Source: an uncultured Bryobacterales bacterium
Lineage (GTDB): Bacteria > Acidobacteriota > Terriglobia > Bryobacterales > UBA6623
Assembly: GCA_964461235.1 (NCBI GenBank)
Contig: CAYWUV010000013.1
Location: 10,942-74,941, forward strand
Direction of reading: 5' to 3'
Length of the DNA: 64,000 nt
Shown here: piece after piece, positions 17,457-26,864 of the stretch
Layout: every line of letters starts with the position of its first letter
How positions within the stretch are numbered: position 1 is the stretch's first letter
Made by a program: the position numbers and the translations under genes
Notes under the pieces: model-generated
What the model saw: only the letters and a program-made list of their open reading frames with translations
The model's database searches: none
What the model was told of the DNA's origin: nothing

Positions 17457-19997
17457 ATGTACCGCAGCGTGTGCGGCGGGGTGTTGCGGGTATTTGTTCT
17501 TGCAGCGCTGGTGATGGCGGTTGGCGGGTTTGCGTGGTCTTCCGCAGTACTGGCGCAATCCCAGACGTATTCCCTGGTCGGTCAGGCATACCTCGCTGGC
17601 TCTGACGGCGAGCATTTTGGCGTGGCCGGTGCGTCCGTCGAACTGCATTCGGTCTCGTTGGCCGACCCCGACCCGGCCACAGGCGAAGCAGACGGTCCCA
17701 TGCTCGCCGAGAGCAACGATCTGGGTCTGTTTCGGTTCGACGGAATCGCGGAGGGCTGCTATTACCTGACCGGCATGTCTCCAGGGCTAACGGGGCAGAG
17801 CGACATCCTGTGTGTCCCCTCCGGTGAGGGGCCAGCCCGATTCGACTTGGAACTGGAGGTTGACACGGTCGTGGAATCGGTTGAGGTGACTGCTTCGGTG
17901 ATCGAGATTGACCCCACCGAGACGACCTCGTCCGGGTCCGTCGGCGTTTCGACCCTCGACAACGCTCCAAAAGCCAACCGGAGCATCGAGGATGTGATGC
18001 CGCTAATTCCCGGCGTGCTGAGGGGACGCGCTGGCGAGGTCAACATGAACGGAGTCCGCGCGACGCAGAGCGGGTCGCAACTGAACAGCGTCGACGTCAC
18101 TGATCCAGTAGCCAGGACTTCTGAGATGACTCTTCCGCTGAGTGTCGTCTCGAGCGTCCAGGTCCTTTCAAGTCCTTACGACGCACAGTACGGCGGCTTT
18201 GCCGGAGCTATGTCGACTGTGGAAACGAAAGCGGCTGATCCCTCAGAGTTTCGATTCGACCTTCAGAACTTCACGCCCCGGATCCGGCGGCGGGGTGGCA
18301 AGCTTCGGGGCATCGAGTCGAGCACGCCTCGGCTGACCGTCAACGTCCCGCTCGTGTCGAATAGGATGGCGTGGCTCCACGCCACGGAATACCAATACGT
18401 CCGCGCCGATCAGGAAGATGCCAACCTGCCCTTGCTTGAACGGGATGTCGAGCAAGAGATGATCACGATCTTCAATCAGTTCGATGCAGTCGTCTCCGAG
18501 ACGAACCGAGCCTCGTTCACGGCGCTGATTTACCCCGAGAAGTTCAACTACTTCGGACTGAACGCCTTCACGTCTCAACCTTCAACCGCAGACTTACGCA
18601 AGAGGGCCTTCTTGTACACCATCAAGGACTCCCACCAGTTCGCATCGGGGGGAGTGCTGCTCTCCAATTTCTCGTTCCAGAAGATCGCCAACGAGGTCAA
18701 GCCTCTCGGATTGGCCCCGAGTCTCATCGGCATCGACCGGGTGTCCGGATCGTTCTTCAACCGGCAGGCTCGCTGGACGACCCGCCGCAAGCTCTCCGAA
18801 CTCTACAACTTCCGGCCCCTAGGCAGCCACCAGCTCAAGGCCGGCTTCGAATGGGGATGGGAGTCGTACCAGGGCGATCAGATTTTCAACCCGGTGACTT
18901 GGCTAGGAGTTGGCGGCCGCCCGGTGCTCAACCTCCGCTATACGGATCCGGCGAACGTGCGAGCACGTAAGTCGGATGTATCGGGATTCGTGCAGAACAA
19001 GTGGCAGGTGAACGACCAGTTGACACTTGATCTGGGGGCAAGGCTGGAGCGCGATTCCGTCTCGGCGCAACTGAACCCGTCCTATCGCGCCGGTTTCGCA
19101 TATGCGTTCGGAGCTGCCGCCAGAACGGTGCTCCGAGGGGGCTCCGGGCTATTCGTCGACCGGATCAGCCTCTTGGTCCCGACTTTTGACCAGATGCCTG
19201 TACGGATCGAGACGCGCCATGGTCCGCTCGGAGGGGTTGAATGGGAGCGACGCCTCGATCCCAGATTCGACGGACCGATCCGGAACGCCAAGAGCCTCGG
19301 ATGGAACGTCCAGGTGGACCGCGAGATCATCGACAACCTATTCCTGCGGACAGGCTTCCAGTACCGGCGGACGGACAGCAATTTCCTCATCAACCCGATC
19401 TACGGAATAGGTGGCGACGAATCCGACGCCCTTGTGATGAGCAGCACCGGACGCGACTACTACAGGGAGTTTCAGGTTTCGTTGCGGTACAGGCTAAGGG
19501 GTACAGGCCACATCACCGCCTCGTACGTCCGCTCGAGTTCGTCTGGGGATTTGAACGACTTGGGCTCAATCTACGGACCTACCCCTTCCGCACTGATCCT
19601 CCCCAACGAACGTGCGCCACTGCGGTTCGACGTGCCCCACCGAATGCTGGCTTGGACTGAATTCAACTTGCCGTGGGGACTGAAGACCATTCCGGTCTGG
19701 GATGTGCGTAGCGGTTTTCCGTACTCCAATGTGGACGAGTACCGGATGTTCGTTGGACCTCGAAACCGGGCCGGCCGATTCCCGATCTTCAATGCGGTCG
19801 ATCTTCAGGTCACCAAGAAGGTGAACATCCGCTTCAAGGGCAAGGACCGCAGGTTCCGGGCAGGCATCCGGCTGTTCAACCTCCTCAACAACTTCAATCC
19901 GCAGGACGTGCAGGAAAACCTGGCCAGCCCTCATTACGGTGTGTTCTACAGGGGCGTCAAACGCAAGATCCGCGCTGTCTTCGAGATCGGCTACTAG
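17457..19997 (+). CDS. TonB-dependent receptor-like outer-membrane protein with carboxypeptidase-regulatory-like N-domain
   Basis: ATG at 17457 gives a signal peptide (MYRSVCGGVLRVFVLAALVMAVGGFAWSSAVLA). Plug-like VQVLSSPYDAQYGGFAGAMSTVETK, a long beta-rich C-terminal part, and an aromatic terminal residue (...VFEIGY). Confidence 0.7.
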   Translation: MYRSVCGGVLRVFVLAALVMAVGGFAWSSAVLAQSQTYSLVGQAYLAGSDGEHFGVAGASVELHSVSLADPDPATGEADGPMLAESNDLGLFRFDGIAEGCYYLTGMSPGLTGQSDILCVPSGEGPARFDLELEVDTVVESVEVTASVIEIDPTETTSSGSVGVSTLDNAPKANRSIEDVMPLIPGVLRGRAGEVNMNGVRATQSGSQLNSVDVTDPVARTSEMTLPLSVVSSVQVLSSPYDAQYGGFAGAMSTVETKAADPSEFRFDLQNFTPRIRRRGGKLRGIESSTPRLTVNVPLVSNRMAWLHATEYQYVRADQEDANLPLLERDVEQEMITIFNQFDAVVSETNRASFTALIYPEKFNYFGLNAFTSQPSTADLRKRAFLYTIKDSHQFASGGVLLSNFSFQKIANEVKPLGLAPSLIGIDRVSGSFFNRQARWTTRRKLSELYNFRPLGSHQLKAGFEWGWESYQGDQIFNPVTWLGVGGRPVLNLRYTDPANVRARKSDVSGFVQNKWQVNDQLTLDLGARLERDSVSAQLNPSYRAGFAYAFGAAARTVLRGGSGLFVDRISLLVPTFDQMPVRIETRHGPLGGVEWERRLDPRFDGPIRNAKSLGWNVQVDREIIDNLFLRTGFQYRRTDSNFLINPIYGIGGDESDALVMSSTGRDYYREFQVSLRYRLRGTGHITASYVRSSSSGDLNDLGSIYGPTPSALILPNERAPLRFDVPHRMLAWTEFNLPWGLKTIPVWDVRSGFPYSNVDEYRMFVGPRNRAGRFPIFNAVDLQVTKKVNIRFKGKDRRFRAGIRLFNLLNNFNPQDVQENLASPHYGVFYRGVKRKIRAVFEIGY

Positions 19998-20130
19998 TCG
20001 CTCGGAGTTCGATTGGCGGGTCAGCCGCATCCGGCCCTCGGCGAACTGGATCGGCGGCTCGGGATTGCTGCCGCAGTTCACGCGCCCACGCGAAAGGAAT
20101 ACATGTCGACAAGCGAACCTTGGGGGTCCT

Positions 20131-21525
20131 ATGGGATCCCATAGTCCGAGCCCGTGGCGAGGAGCACGCGAGCTGCTCGACGAAGCGCGGGAGCGCTCGA
20201 CGCGCTTTCTCGAGTCGCTGCCTGAGCGCCGAGCATCTGCGCCCTGTTGTGCGGCTGAACTCGTGGAGGACCTTGGAGGGCCATTGCCGCGCCGAGGACT
20301 GACCGGCTCGGAGATTATCAGGCGCCTCGACGAATTCGGCTCGAAGGGCGTGGTCGCGAGCGCCGGTCCCCGCTACTTCGGGTTCGTGACTGGCGGAGCC
20401 TTGCCGGTTTCGCTGGCCGCCGATTGGATTGCCGCAGCGTGGGATCAGAACGCCTTCAGCGAGACGAGTTCGCCGATTGGTTCGGCAGTGGAATCGATTG
20501 CACTGCAATGGGTGCTGAAACTCCTGGCCCTTCCCATGGACGCGGGAACTGCTTTCGTCACAGGAGCGACCATGGCTAACTTTAGCTGCCTCGTCGCGGC
20601 GCGCCGAAGGGTGCTACTCGCTCACGGTCACGATGTTGACCAAGAGGGCCTCCGCGACGGGCCGGAGGTCACCGTAGTGGTCGGAGAGCAGGCCCATGCC
20701 ACCCTCTTCAAGGCGCTCGGACTGCTCGGGCTCGGGCGTGGCCGTTTGCTCCGCGTTCCGGTGGACGATCAAGGCCGGATGCTCGTCGACGCGCTTCCCG
20801 ACACTCCCGGACCGGCGATCGTTTGTGCTCAGGCTGGGCACGTGCACACGGGAGCGTTCGATCCGGTTGGCGAGATCTCGGAAGCAGTGCGCGCAGACGA
20901 CGTTTGGGTTCATGTCGACGGTGCCTTCGGCCTTTGGGCGCGGGCTTCGCGTCGGCACGCGCAGCTGGCTGCGGGCGTGGATCAAGCCGACTCTTGGGCA
21001 ACTGATGCTCACAAATGGCTCAATGTTCCGTACGACAGCGGCCTCGCCATCGTCCGGCATTCCGACGCATTGCGCGATGCCATTTCCATGCAGGCCTCAT
21101 ATCTGCCCGAGCGCGCCAACCGGGATCCTTTCGACTTCACGCCTGAGTCGAGCCGGAGAGCCCGTGGCATTGCCGTTTGGGCGGCGCTTGCCTCGCTCGG
21201 CCGTGATGGTGTCGAGGCGCTCGTGGATCGCTGTTGCCGGCACGCACGTCGATTGGCCGAGGGGTTTCAAGACGCCGGATACCAGGTCTTGAACGACGTT
21301 GTGCTCAACCAAGTGCTCGTTGCGTTTGGGGACGATCGGGTCACGCAGGAGGTGATCCGCGAGGTGCAGCGCGACGGGACTTGCTGGTGTGGCGGTGCCC
21401 GCTGGGATGGTCAGGCTGTCATGCGCATCAGCGTCTCGTCGTGGGCAACCACGGATGACGATGTGGATCAGAGCCTCGCCACAATCCTCCGCATCGCCCG
21501 TGCTGTGACTGCGGAGATCGGCTGA
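20131..21525 (+). CDS. PLP-dependent group II decarboxylase-fold enzyme
   Basis: ATG at 20131 (MGSHSPSPW...). Lys-containing motif SWATDAHKWLNVPYDSGLAIVR plus VTGATMANF are typical of the pyridoxal-dependent decarboxylase family. Confidence 0.7.
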   Translation: MGSHSPSPWRGARELLDEARERSTRFLESLPERRASAPCCAAELVEDLGGPLPRRGLTGSEIIRRLDEFGSKGVVASAGPRYFGFVTGGALPVSLAADWIAAAWDQNAFSETSSPIGSAVESIALQWVLKLLALPMDAGTAFVTGATMANFSCLVAARRRVLLAHGHDVDQEGLRDGPEVTVVVGEQAHATLFKALGLLGLGRGRLLRVPVDDQGRMLVDALPDTPGPAIVCAQAGHVHTGAFDPVGEISEAVRADDVWVHVDGAFGLWARASRRHAQLAAGVDQADSWATDAHKWLNVPYDSGLAIVRHSDALRDAISMQASYLPERANRDPFDFTPESSRRARGIAVWAALASLGRDGVEALVDRCCRHARRLAEGFQDAGYQVLNDVVLNQVLVAFGDDRVTQEVIREVQRDGTCWCGGARWDGQAVMRISVSSWATTDDDVDQSLATILRIARAVTAEIG

Positions 21526-21600
21526 CTAGGGACTGGCAGTTCGGGCCGGCTTGAAGGGCCTCAGGGCCCGCAACGACGCGGGCCCGAAGTAATCCTCCGG

Positions 21601-23073
21601 GTGACTTCGAAGCGGAATTCTCCCGAAGTCCATATCGCTTCGACAGCCATCCTCCGGCCTCAGATAAGACGGGGCGTCCGATATACTCGAACCGAGGTGC
21701 GGTTCCTTCCCAAGCCGCCGTGGTCGCGGAGACGCTTCGTGGAATCGCTATGCGGCGGTTTGGGGTCTGTCGGCTTGGCTGGCATGCTGCAGGAACCGCT
21801 GGGGGCGGCCTCCAAGCTTCCTGTCGGCCCTCACTTCGCGCCTCGGGCCAAGCAGGTCATCTTCCTGTTCATGACAGGCGGTCCCTCCCACATGGACCTG
21901 CTGGACCCCAAGCCGGCCCTGCTGAAGTACCAGGGCGAGCGTCCAGACTCAGTGAACCTTCGGACAGAGCGAATGACGGGCGGCTTGCTGCCGTCACCGT
22001 TCGAATTCCGTCCTCACGGCCAGAGCGGCATCGAGGTCAGCGAACTGCTGCCTAACCTGTCCGAAGTGGTGGATGACCTCTGCGTCATTCGCTCGATGTA
22101 CACGTTCAACCCAACTCACGGGCCCGCGCGGAACCTGATTCACTCGGGGAACATCGCTGCGACGAGGCCTTCGCTCGGCGCGTGGATCTCTTACGGCTTG
22201 GGAACGGAGAACCGCAACCTCCCCGGGTTCGTCGTTCTCAGTCCCGGCCACCGGGGAGGGAATCTATGGCGGTCCGGATTTCTGCCCGCCGAGCATCAGG
22301 GCACGCACTTCAACCTCGACCAGACGGATCCCGAGCAGATGATCCAGTTCCTGAGGAATGGCCAGCTTGATCCGGCGGCCCAACGCAAGCAGCTGAACCT
22401 GATCCAGGCGATGAATAGGGAACATCAGCAGCGTGTCGGTGGCGATGCGTATCTCGACGCCCGGATCCGAGCTATGGAGACGGCCTATCGTATGCAGTTC
22501 GAGGCGCTCGATGTGTTCGACGTCCGGAAAGAGCCCGAAAGTGTGCGCGATGAGTACGGGCGCACGCCGTTCGCGAATGGCTGCCTGCTCGCGAGAAGGC
22601 TCGTCGAGCAGGGCGTGCGCTACGTCCACGTCTATTACGGTCCGGGCCAGCCATGGGATGACCACAAGACCATCAACCGCAACCTGAGGGAGCGCTGCCC
22701 CGATATGGACAAGGGCTGCGCGGCTCTTGTCGGTGATCTGAAGCGGCGCGGCCTCTTGGATGAAACCTTGGTGGTATGGGGCGGCGAATTTGGGCGGACT
22801 CCGGTTTCGGAGGCCGGAGACGGCCGGGACCATAATCCGTACGGCTTCACAATGTGGATGGCGGGGGGCGGAATTCAGGGCGGGCTCGCCTACGGGGCCA
22901 CGGACGAATTCGGATTCCAGGCGGTCGAGAACCGCGTCAGCATTCACGACCTGCACGCCACCATCCTCAACCAGCTCGGATTCGACCACGAGCGCCTTAC
23001 CTACCGATATGCCGGACGGGACTTCAGCCTGACAGATGTGCACGGCACTGTCCTAAAGGACCTGATTGCGTGA
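21601..23073 (+). CDS. DUF1501 protein (Tat signal)
   Basis: WSRRRFVESLCGGLGSVGLAG twin-arginine signal, VIFLFMTGGPSHMDLLDPKP and WGGEFGRTP...GRDHNPYGFTMW. The start is uncertain (GTG 21601 or GTG 21697). Confidence 0.8.
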   Translation: MTSKRNSPEVHIASTAILRPQIRRGVRYTRTEVRFLPKPPWSRRRFVESLCGGLGSVGLAGMLQEPLGAASKLPVGPHFAPRAKQVIFLFMTGGPSHMDLLDPKPALLKYQGERPDSVNLRTERMTGGLLPSPFEFRPHGQSGIEVSELLPNLSEVVDDLCVIRSMYTFNPTHGPARNLIHSGNIAATRPSLGAWISYGLGTENRNLPGFVVLSPGHRGGNLWRSGFLPAEHQGTHFNLDQTDPEQMIQFLRNGQLDPAAQRKQLNLIQAMNREHQQRVGGDAYLDARIRAMETAYRMQFEALDVFDVRKEPESVRDEYGRTPFANGCLLARRLVEQGVRYVHVYYGPGQPWDDHKTINRNLRERCPDMDKGCAALVGDLKRRGLLDETLVVWGGEFGRTPVSEAGDGRDHNPYGFTMWMAGGGIQGGLAYGATDEFGFQAVENRVSIHDLHATILNQLGFDHERLTYRYAGRDFSLTDVHGTVLKDLIA

Positions 23074-25418
23074 AGGCTCCCTTCTGGTTGGTGGTGCCAG
23101 CGGCAGTCGTGTCGGCCCAGACCCCGGAGATTGAGCACTTCGAGCGGAGGATCCGTCCGGTCTTCGTTGAACATTGCGAGACCTGCCATTCGTCCCGCCT
23201 CGCCGAACCCATGGGAGGTCTGCGAGTAGACACCCGACCGGGCTTGCTGGCGGGAGGGGCTTCCGGGCCCTCTCTGGTGCCGGGCGACCCGGATTCGAGT
23301 CTGATCATGAAGGCGCTGGGCTACTTGGACCCTGTTCTCAAGATGCCGCCTACCGGCAAGCTTCCGGATCGTGTTGTTGACGATTTCCGGGCGTGGATCG
23401 CGGCCGGTGCGACGGACCCCCGGGCCAACCCGGACGATGGCCCTCCCCCCGAGGCGGAGGCGTCGACCGGGCCCGGGACGCCCATCAGCGAGGGCCGGTC
23501 GTGGTGGGCGTTTCAGCCGCTGACTGAAAAAGTGTCTCCAGCGGTTTCCGACACGGACTGGACGCTCCGCAAGATCGATGCCTTCGTGCTGGCTCGACTT
23601 CAGGTGGAGGGTCTTGGCCCGTCTCCTGAGGCCGACGACAGGACCCTCGTCCGGCGGGCATATCTCGATCTGACGGGGTTGCCGCCTACGCACGACGAGA
23701 TTGAGGCATTCGTTGCCGATCGGCCCCCGGACGCTTACGAGCGGTTGATCGACCGGCTGCTGAAGTCACCCCGCTACGGAGAGCGATGGGGGCGGTACTG
23801 GTTGGATGTTGTGCGCTGGGCGGAGGACCACCCGACCAGCGAGGCCACGAATCGGCCGTTTCCCCACGCGTGGCGGTACAGGGACTGGGTGATCGAGGCA
23901 TTCAACAAGGACATACCGTACGACCGTTTCATCCGCATGCAGTTTGCTGCCGACCTGATGCCCGGCTTTGTCGCCTCGGACATGCGCGCACTGGGGTATA
24001 TCGGGACTGCCCCGGTTTACCACAAGGACCGTCGGCTTTCGCGCGATGTTATCGAAACCATCGCTAGTGACGACTGGGACGAGCGTATCGATGCCTTGTC
24101 ACGAGGCCTCCTAGGCCTGACAGTCGCCTGCGCCCGTTGCCATGACCACAAGTTCGATCCGATCACCGCCGAAGACTACTACGGGCTGGCCGGAGTCTTC
24201 GCCAGCACCTGGCAGGTCGGCCGTCCGATCGTGGATATGGATCCCGAAGAAGCGGAGTGGCTGACCAAACAACACGAAAAGCTATACAGGCTGCGGGGGA
24301 CCTACGGCAACCTGAAGGACCTTGACACAATTGCAGAGGAACTCCATTCCAGCATCGCCGCCATGAAGGCGGAATACGAGGCCCTGGAAATCGAACTCGG
24401 CAGGTACGAGACCCCCATGACCCCAGCCATCGTCGACTGGGGGGTCTGGGTGGACGGTTCGACCCCCACGGTCACGCGAATGGACCTGCGGCCGCGAGTG
24501 GCCCGCGACCTGCCTGTATTCATCCGGGGGAACGTCGCGAACTTGGGCAAGATTGTCCGACGGCGTTTCCTGAGCGTGTTCGAGCCTGACGAGCCGAGGC
24601 CGTTCACGCAAGGTTCGGGCCGCTTGGAACTGGCGGACAGGATTGTTGGCGAAGCGGGGCCGCTCGTGGCCCGAGTGTGGGTCAACCGAATCTGGGGCTG
24701 GCACTTCGGGAGGCATTTGGTACGAACCCCTTCCGACTTCGGCAAGCAGGGCCAGGATCCGACGCATCCTGACCTACTTGAGGATCTTGCTGCTCGCTAC
24801 GTCGAGAACGGATGGTCGCTGAAGTGGCTGCATCGGGAGATCATGCTTTCGGCTACCTACCGCCAGAGCAGCCGACCTCTCCAGAGCGGCCTGGCTAAGG
24901 ATCCGACCAACCGGTGGCTGTGGAGAATGAACCCCCGGCGGCTCGACATCGAGGCTTGGAGGGATTCGATCCTTAAGGCATCCGGGGAACTCGATCTTTC
25001 GATGGGAGGACCCTCCGCGGAGATCGACAGCACGGAGCCCGCGCGACGCTCCGTGTATGCCGCGGTCAGCCGCGGGCGGCTCCACCCCGTGTTGCAGCTG
25101 TACGACTTCCCGCTTGCAACACAGCACAGCCCTTCGCGGCTGGTTACGACGACCCCACTCCAACAATTGTTCGTGTTGAACAGCGAGTGGATGCAAGGGA
25201 GGGCGCGGTACCTCGCCGACACCGTGGCGGCGATTTCGGATCCTGCCGAGCGCGTCAGGGCTTTGCACCGCAAGGCGTTCGGCCGAGATGCCACAGAGGC
25301 AGAAGTCACTCTGGCGCTGCGGTATCTGTCCGACCGGCGCACAGAGATCGGGAGCGCGCCTTGGGACGAGTATGCCCAGGGACTGCTCGGCGCGAACGAA
25401 CTGAGCTTCCTGAATTGA
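23070..25418 (+). CDS. PSCyt + DUF1549 + DUF1553 protein
   Basis: GTG at 23070 overlaps the upstream TGA (GTGA) and gives MKAPFWLVVPAAVVSA. Motifs: VEHCETCHS (CxxCH), DLTGLPPTHDEIEAF, SPRYGERWGRYWLDV, ACARCHDHKFDP, NRIWGWHFGRHL. Confidence 0.85.
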   Translation: MKAPFWLVVPAAVVSAQTPEIEHFERRIRPVFVEHCETCHSSRLAEPMGGLRVDTRPGLLAGGASGPSLVPGDPDSSLIMKALGYLDPVLKMPPTGKLPDRVVDDFRAWIAAGATDPRANPDDGPPPEAEASTGPGTPISEGRSWWAFQPLTEKVSPAVSDTDWTLRKIDAFVLARLQVEGLGPSPEADDRTLVRRAYLDLTGLPPTHDEIEAFVADRPPDAYERLIDRLLKSPRYGERWGRYWLDVVRWAEDHPTSEATNRPFPHAWRYRDWVIEAFNKDIPYDRFIRMQFAADLMPGFVASDMRALGYIGTAPVYHKDRRLSRDVIETIASDDWDERIDALSRGLLGLTVACARCHDHKFDPITAEDYYGLAGVFASTWQVGRPIVDMDPEEAEWLTKQHEKLYRLRGTYGNLKDLDTIAEELHSSIAAMKAEYEALEIELGRYETPMTPAIVDWGVWVDGSTPTVTRMDLRPRVARDLPVFIRGNVANLGKIVRRRFLSVFEPDEPRPFTQGSGRLELADRIVGEAGPLVARVWVNRIWGWHFGRHLVRTPSDFGKQGQDPTHPDLLEDLAARYVENGWSLKWLHREIMLSATYRQSSRPLQSGLAKDPTNRWLWRMNPRRLDIEAWRDSILKASGELDLSMGGPSAEIDSTEPARRSVYAAVSRGRLHPVLQLYDFPLATQHSPSRLVTTTPLQQLFVLNSEWMQGRARYLADTVAAISDPAERVRALHRKAFGRDATEAEVTLALRYLSDRRTEIGSAPWDEYAQGLLGANELSFLN

Positions 25419-25480
25419 GGCCGGAACGGTCGTAAGGGTGATCGGTTCGGCGGCCGGTCAGGAACCGGGGGATGTCTGCT

Positions 25481-26452
25481 TCATCCGTGGCTCGGGAGTT
25501 CCACACGCTGCGTGGTCGGGTCGGAGCCGAAGTCAGGCGGTATACCGTGCAATGCCAGTTCCAGCCACGTGGCGTCGAAATGCTCCCAGGCCGATTCCGC
25601 AGGTTCGTCCGTATGGCTGACCGGCAGGGACATGGTCTCACGCGGACACGTCAGATGGTTCAGGATCGCAATCACGGTTTCGGCGGGGACAACCGGGTCC
25701 CTGCGCCCGAATCCGGTAATGGTCGGGCACCTTATGAGCGGCGCGAAGTTCATTGAGTCGAAGTAGCTCAGGGTCCTCATGACTTGCTGTTGCCGGTCAG
25801 GGTGGGTCTCGATGAATCTTCGGGTCTCCGTGGCGCTCCCGCTCTGTACGAGCTGGTGCCGTCCCTCGTGCCAGCCGAACGTCGGCACCCCTGCGACCAA
25901 TAGGCTCGCGGTCTGGGTGACCCCTTCGGCCATCAAAGCCAGTGCGCCGGCGAAGCTCTGGCCGTGGAACACTGTCCGCTTGATGCGGCCACCGAAGAGA
26001 GTCGCGCCGACTTCTGAGGCTCGCACGTAGTCGCATACCGCTCCTCGGAGCACGTGCGTTCCCGGCGACTCTATGCCCGTGACCATGTAGCCCCACCGGG
26101 ACCGGCGTGAAACCGCACCCTGGGACTCGCCGAATCCCCTGACATCGAAGCCCAGCACGTTGAGGCCACTGCGAGCCCACAGCCATTGAATCGCCGCCCT
26201 GCCGCCGTAGCCGTGGGCGTGTATGACGAGTGGCCGCGGCCGTTCGTCGCGCCAGCCAAGCGTGTAACCTCGAATACTTGCGTGTCCGAGCGACTGGAAC
26301 CTCAAGCTTGATCCAGTCAGTTCCGGATACGGTTCGTGCAGGAAAGGGTTGGTCTCGATAGCCGGATGGATCGTTGCCAGTTCGCCCGTCGTATCGCGCC
26401 AGAACTCCGGAAAGTCGTCCGGCGTGGTTAGCTCGGGAAGTGCCTCTAGCAT
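25481..26452 (-). CDS. Acetyl-xylan esterase / cephalosporin-C deacetylase-like (CE7) alpha/beta hydrolase
   Basis: 323 aa. N-terminal TTPDDFPEFWRDTTGEL, GYTLGW..RPRPLVIHAHGYGG, and the nucleophile elbow FHGQSFAGALAL. Confidence 0.65.
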   Translation of the reverse strand: MLEALPELTTPDDFPEFWRDTTGELATIHPAIETNPFLHEPYPELTGSSLRFQSLGHASIRGYTLGWRDERPRPLVIHAHGYGGRAAIQWLWARSGLNVLGFDVRGFGESQGAVSRRSRWGYMVTGIESPGTHVLRGAVCDYVRASEVGATLFGGRIKRTVFHGQSFAGALALMAEGVTQTASLLVAGVPTFGWHEGRHQLVQSGSATETRRFIETHPDRQQQVMRTLSYFDSMNFAPLIRCPTITGFGRRDPVVPAETVIAILNHLTCPRETMSLPVSHTDEPAESAWEHFDATWLELALHGIPPDFGSDPTTQRVELPSHG

Positions 26453-26864
26453 TGCCGCTCGCTGTCGGGTCTCCTAGACGGACTGTTGGACGGCGGACTC
26501 CGGATCAGCCCTATGGAGCTTGGGTCCCCAAAACGAATTCCCCGAGGACCGCCATGACGTGCCGCAAACCAATACGCCCCAAGTGGTCGCTCCCCTTTCG
26601 GTGAAGCGTGTCCTCAAGGCACTGCCGTCACGCTGGCGTCCGACCGCCGGCTCCGCTGGATCGCACGGGTGTATCGGGGAAAAGCCACACGGCCGTAACA
26701 ATCACAGTTCCCTTGGGCCATCGGAGAACAGCTGGTCAGTCCGCATCGCGTGCCGAACGTTCTGCCATCAGGGTATCAAGCAGCCCCGCGTGGTCGTCCG
26801 GACCGACCGGAAGAGAAGGCCGCCGGGTTGCCCGGCGGCCTTCATTGCCTTGGCCTTGAAGCGG

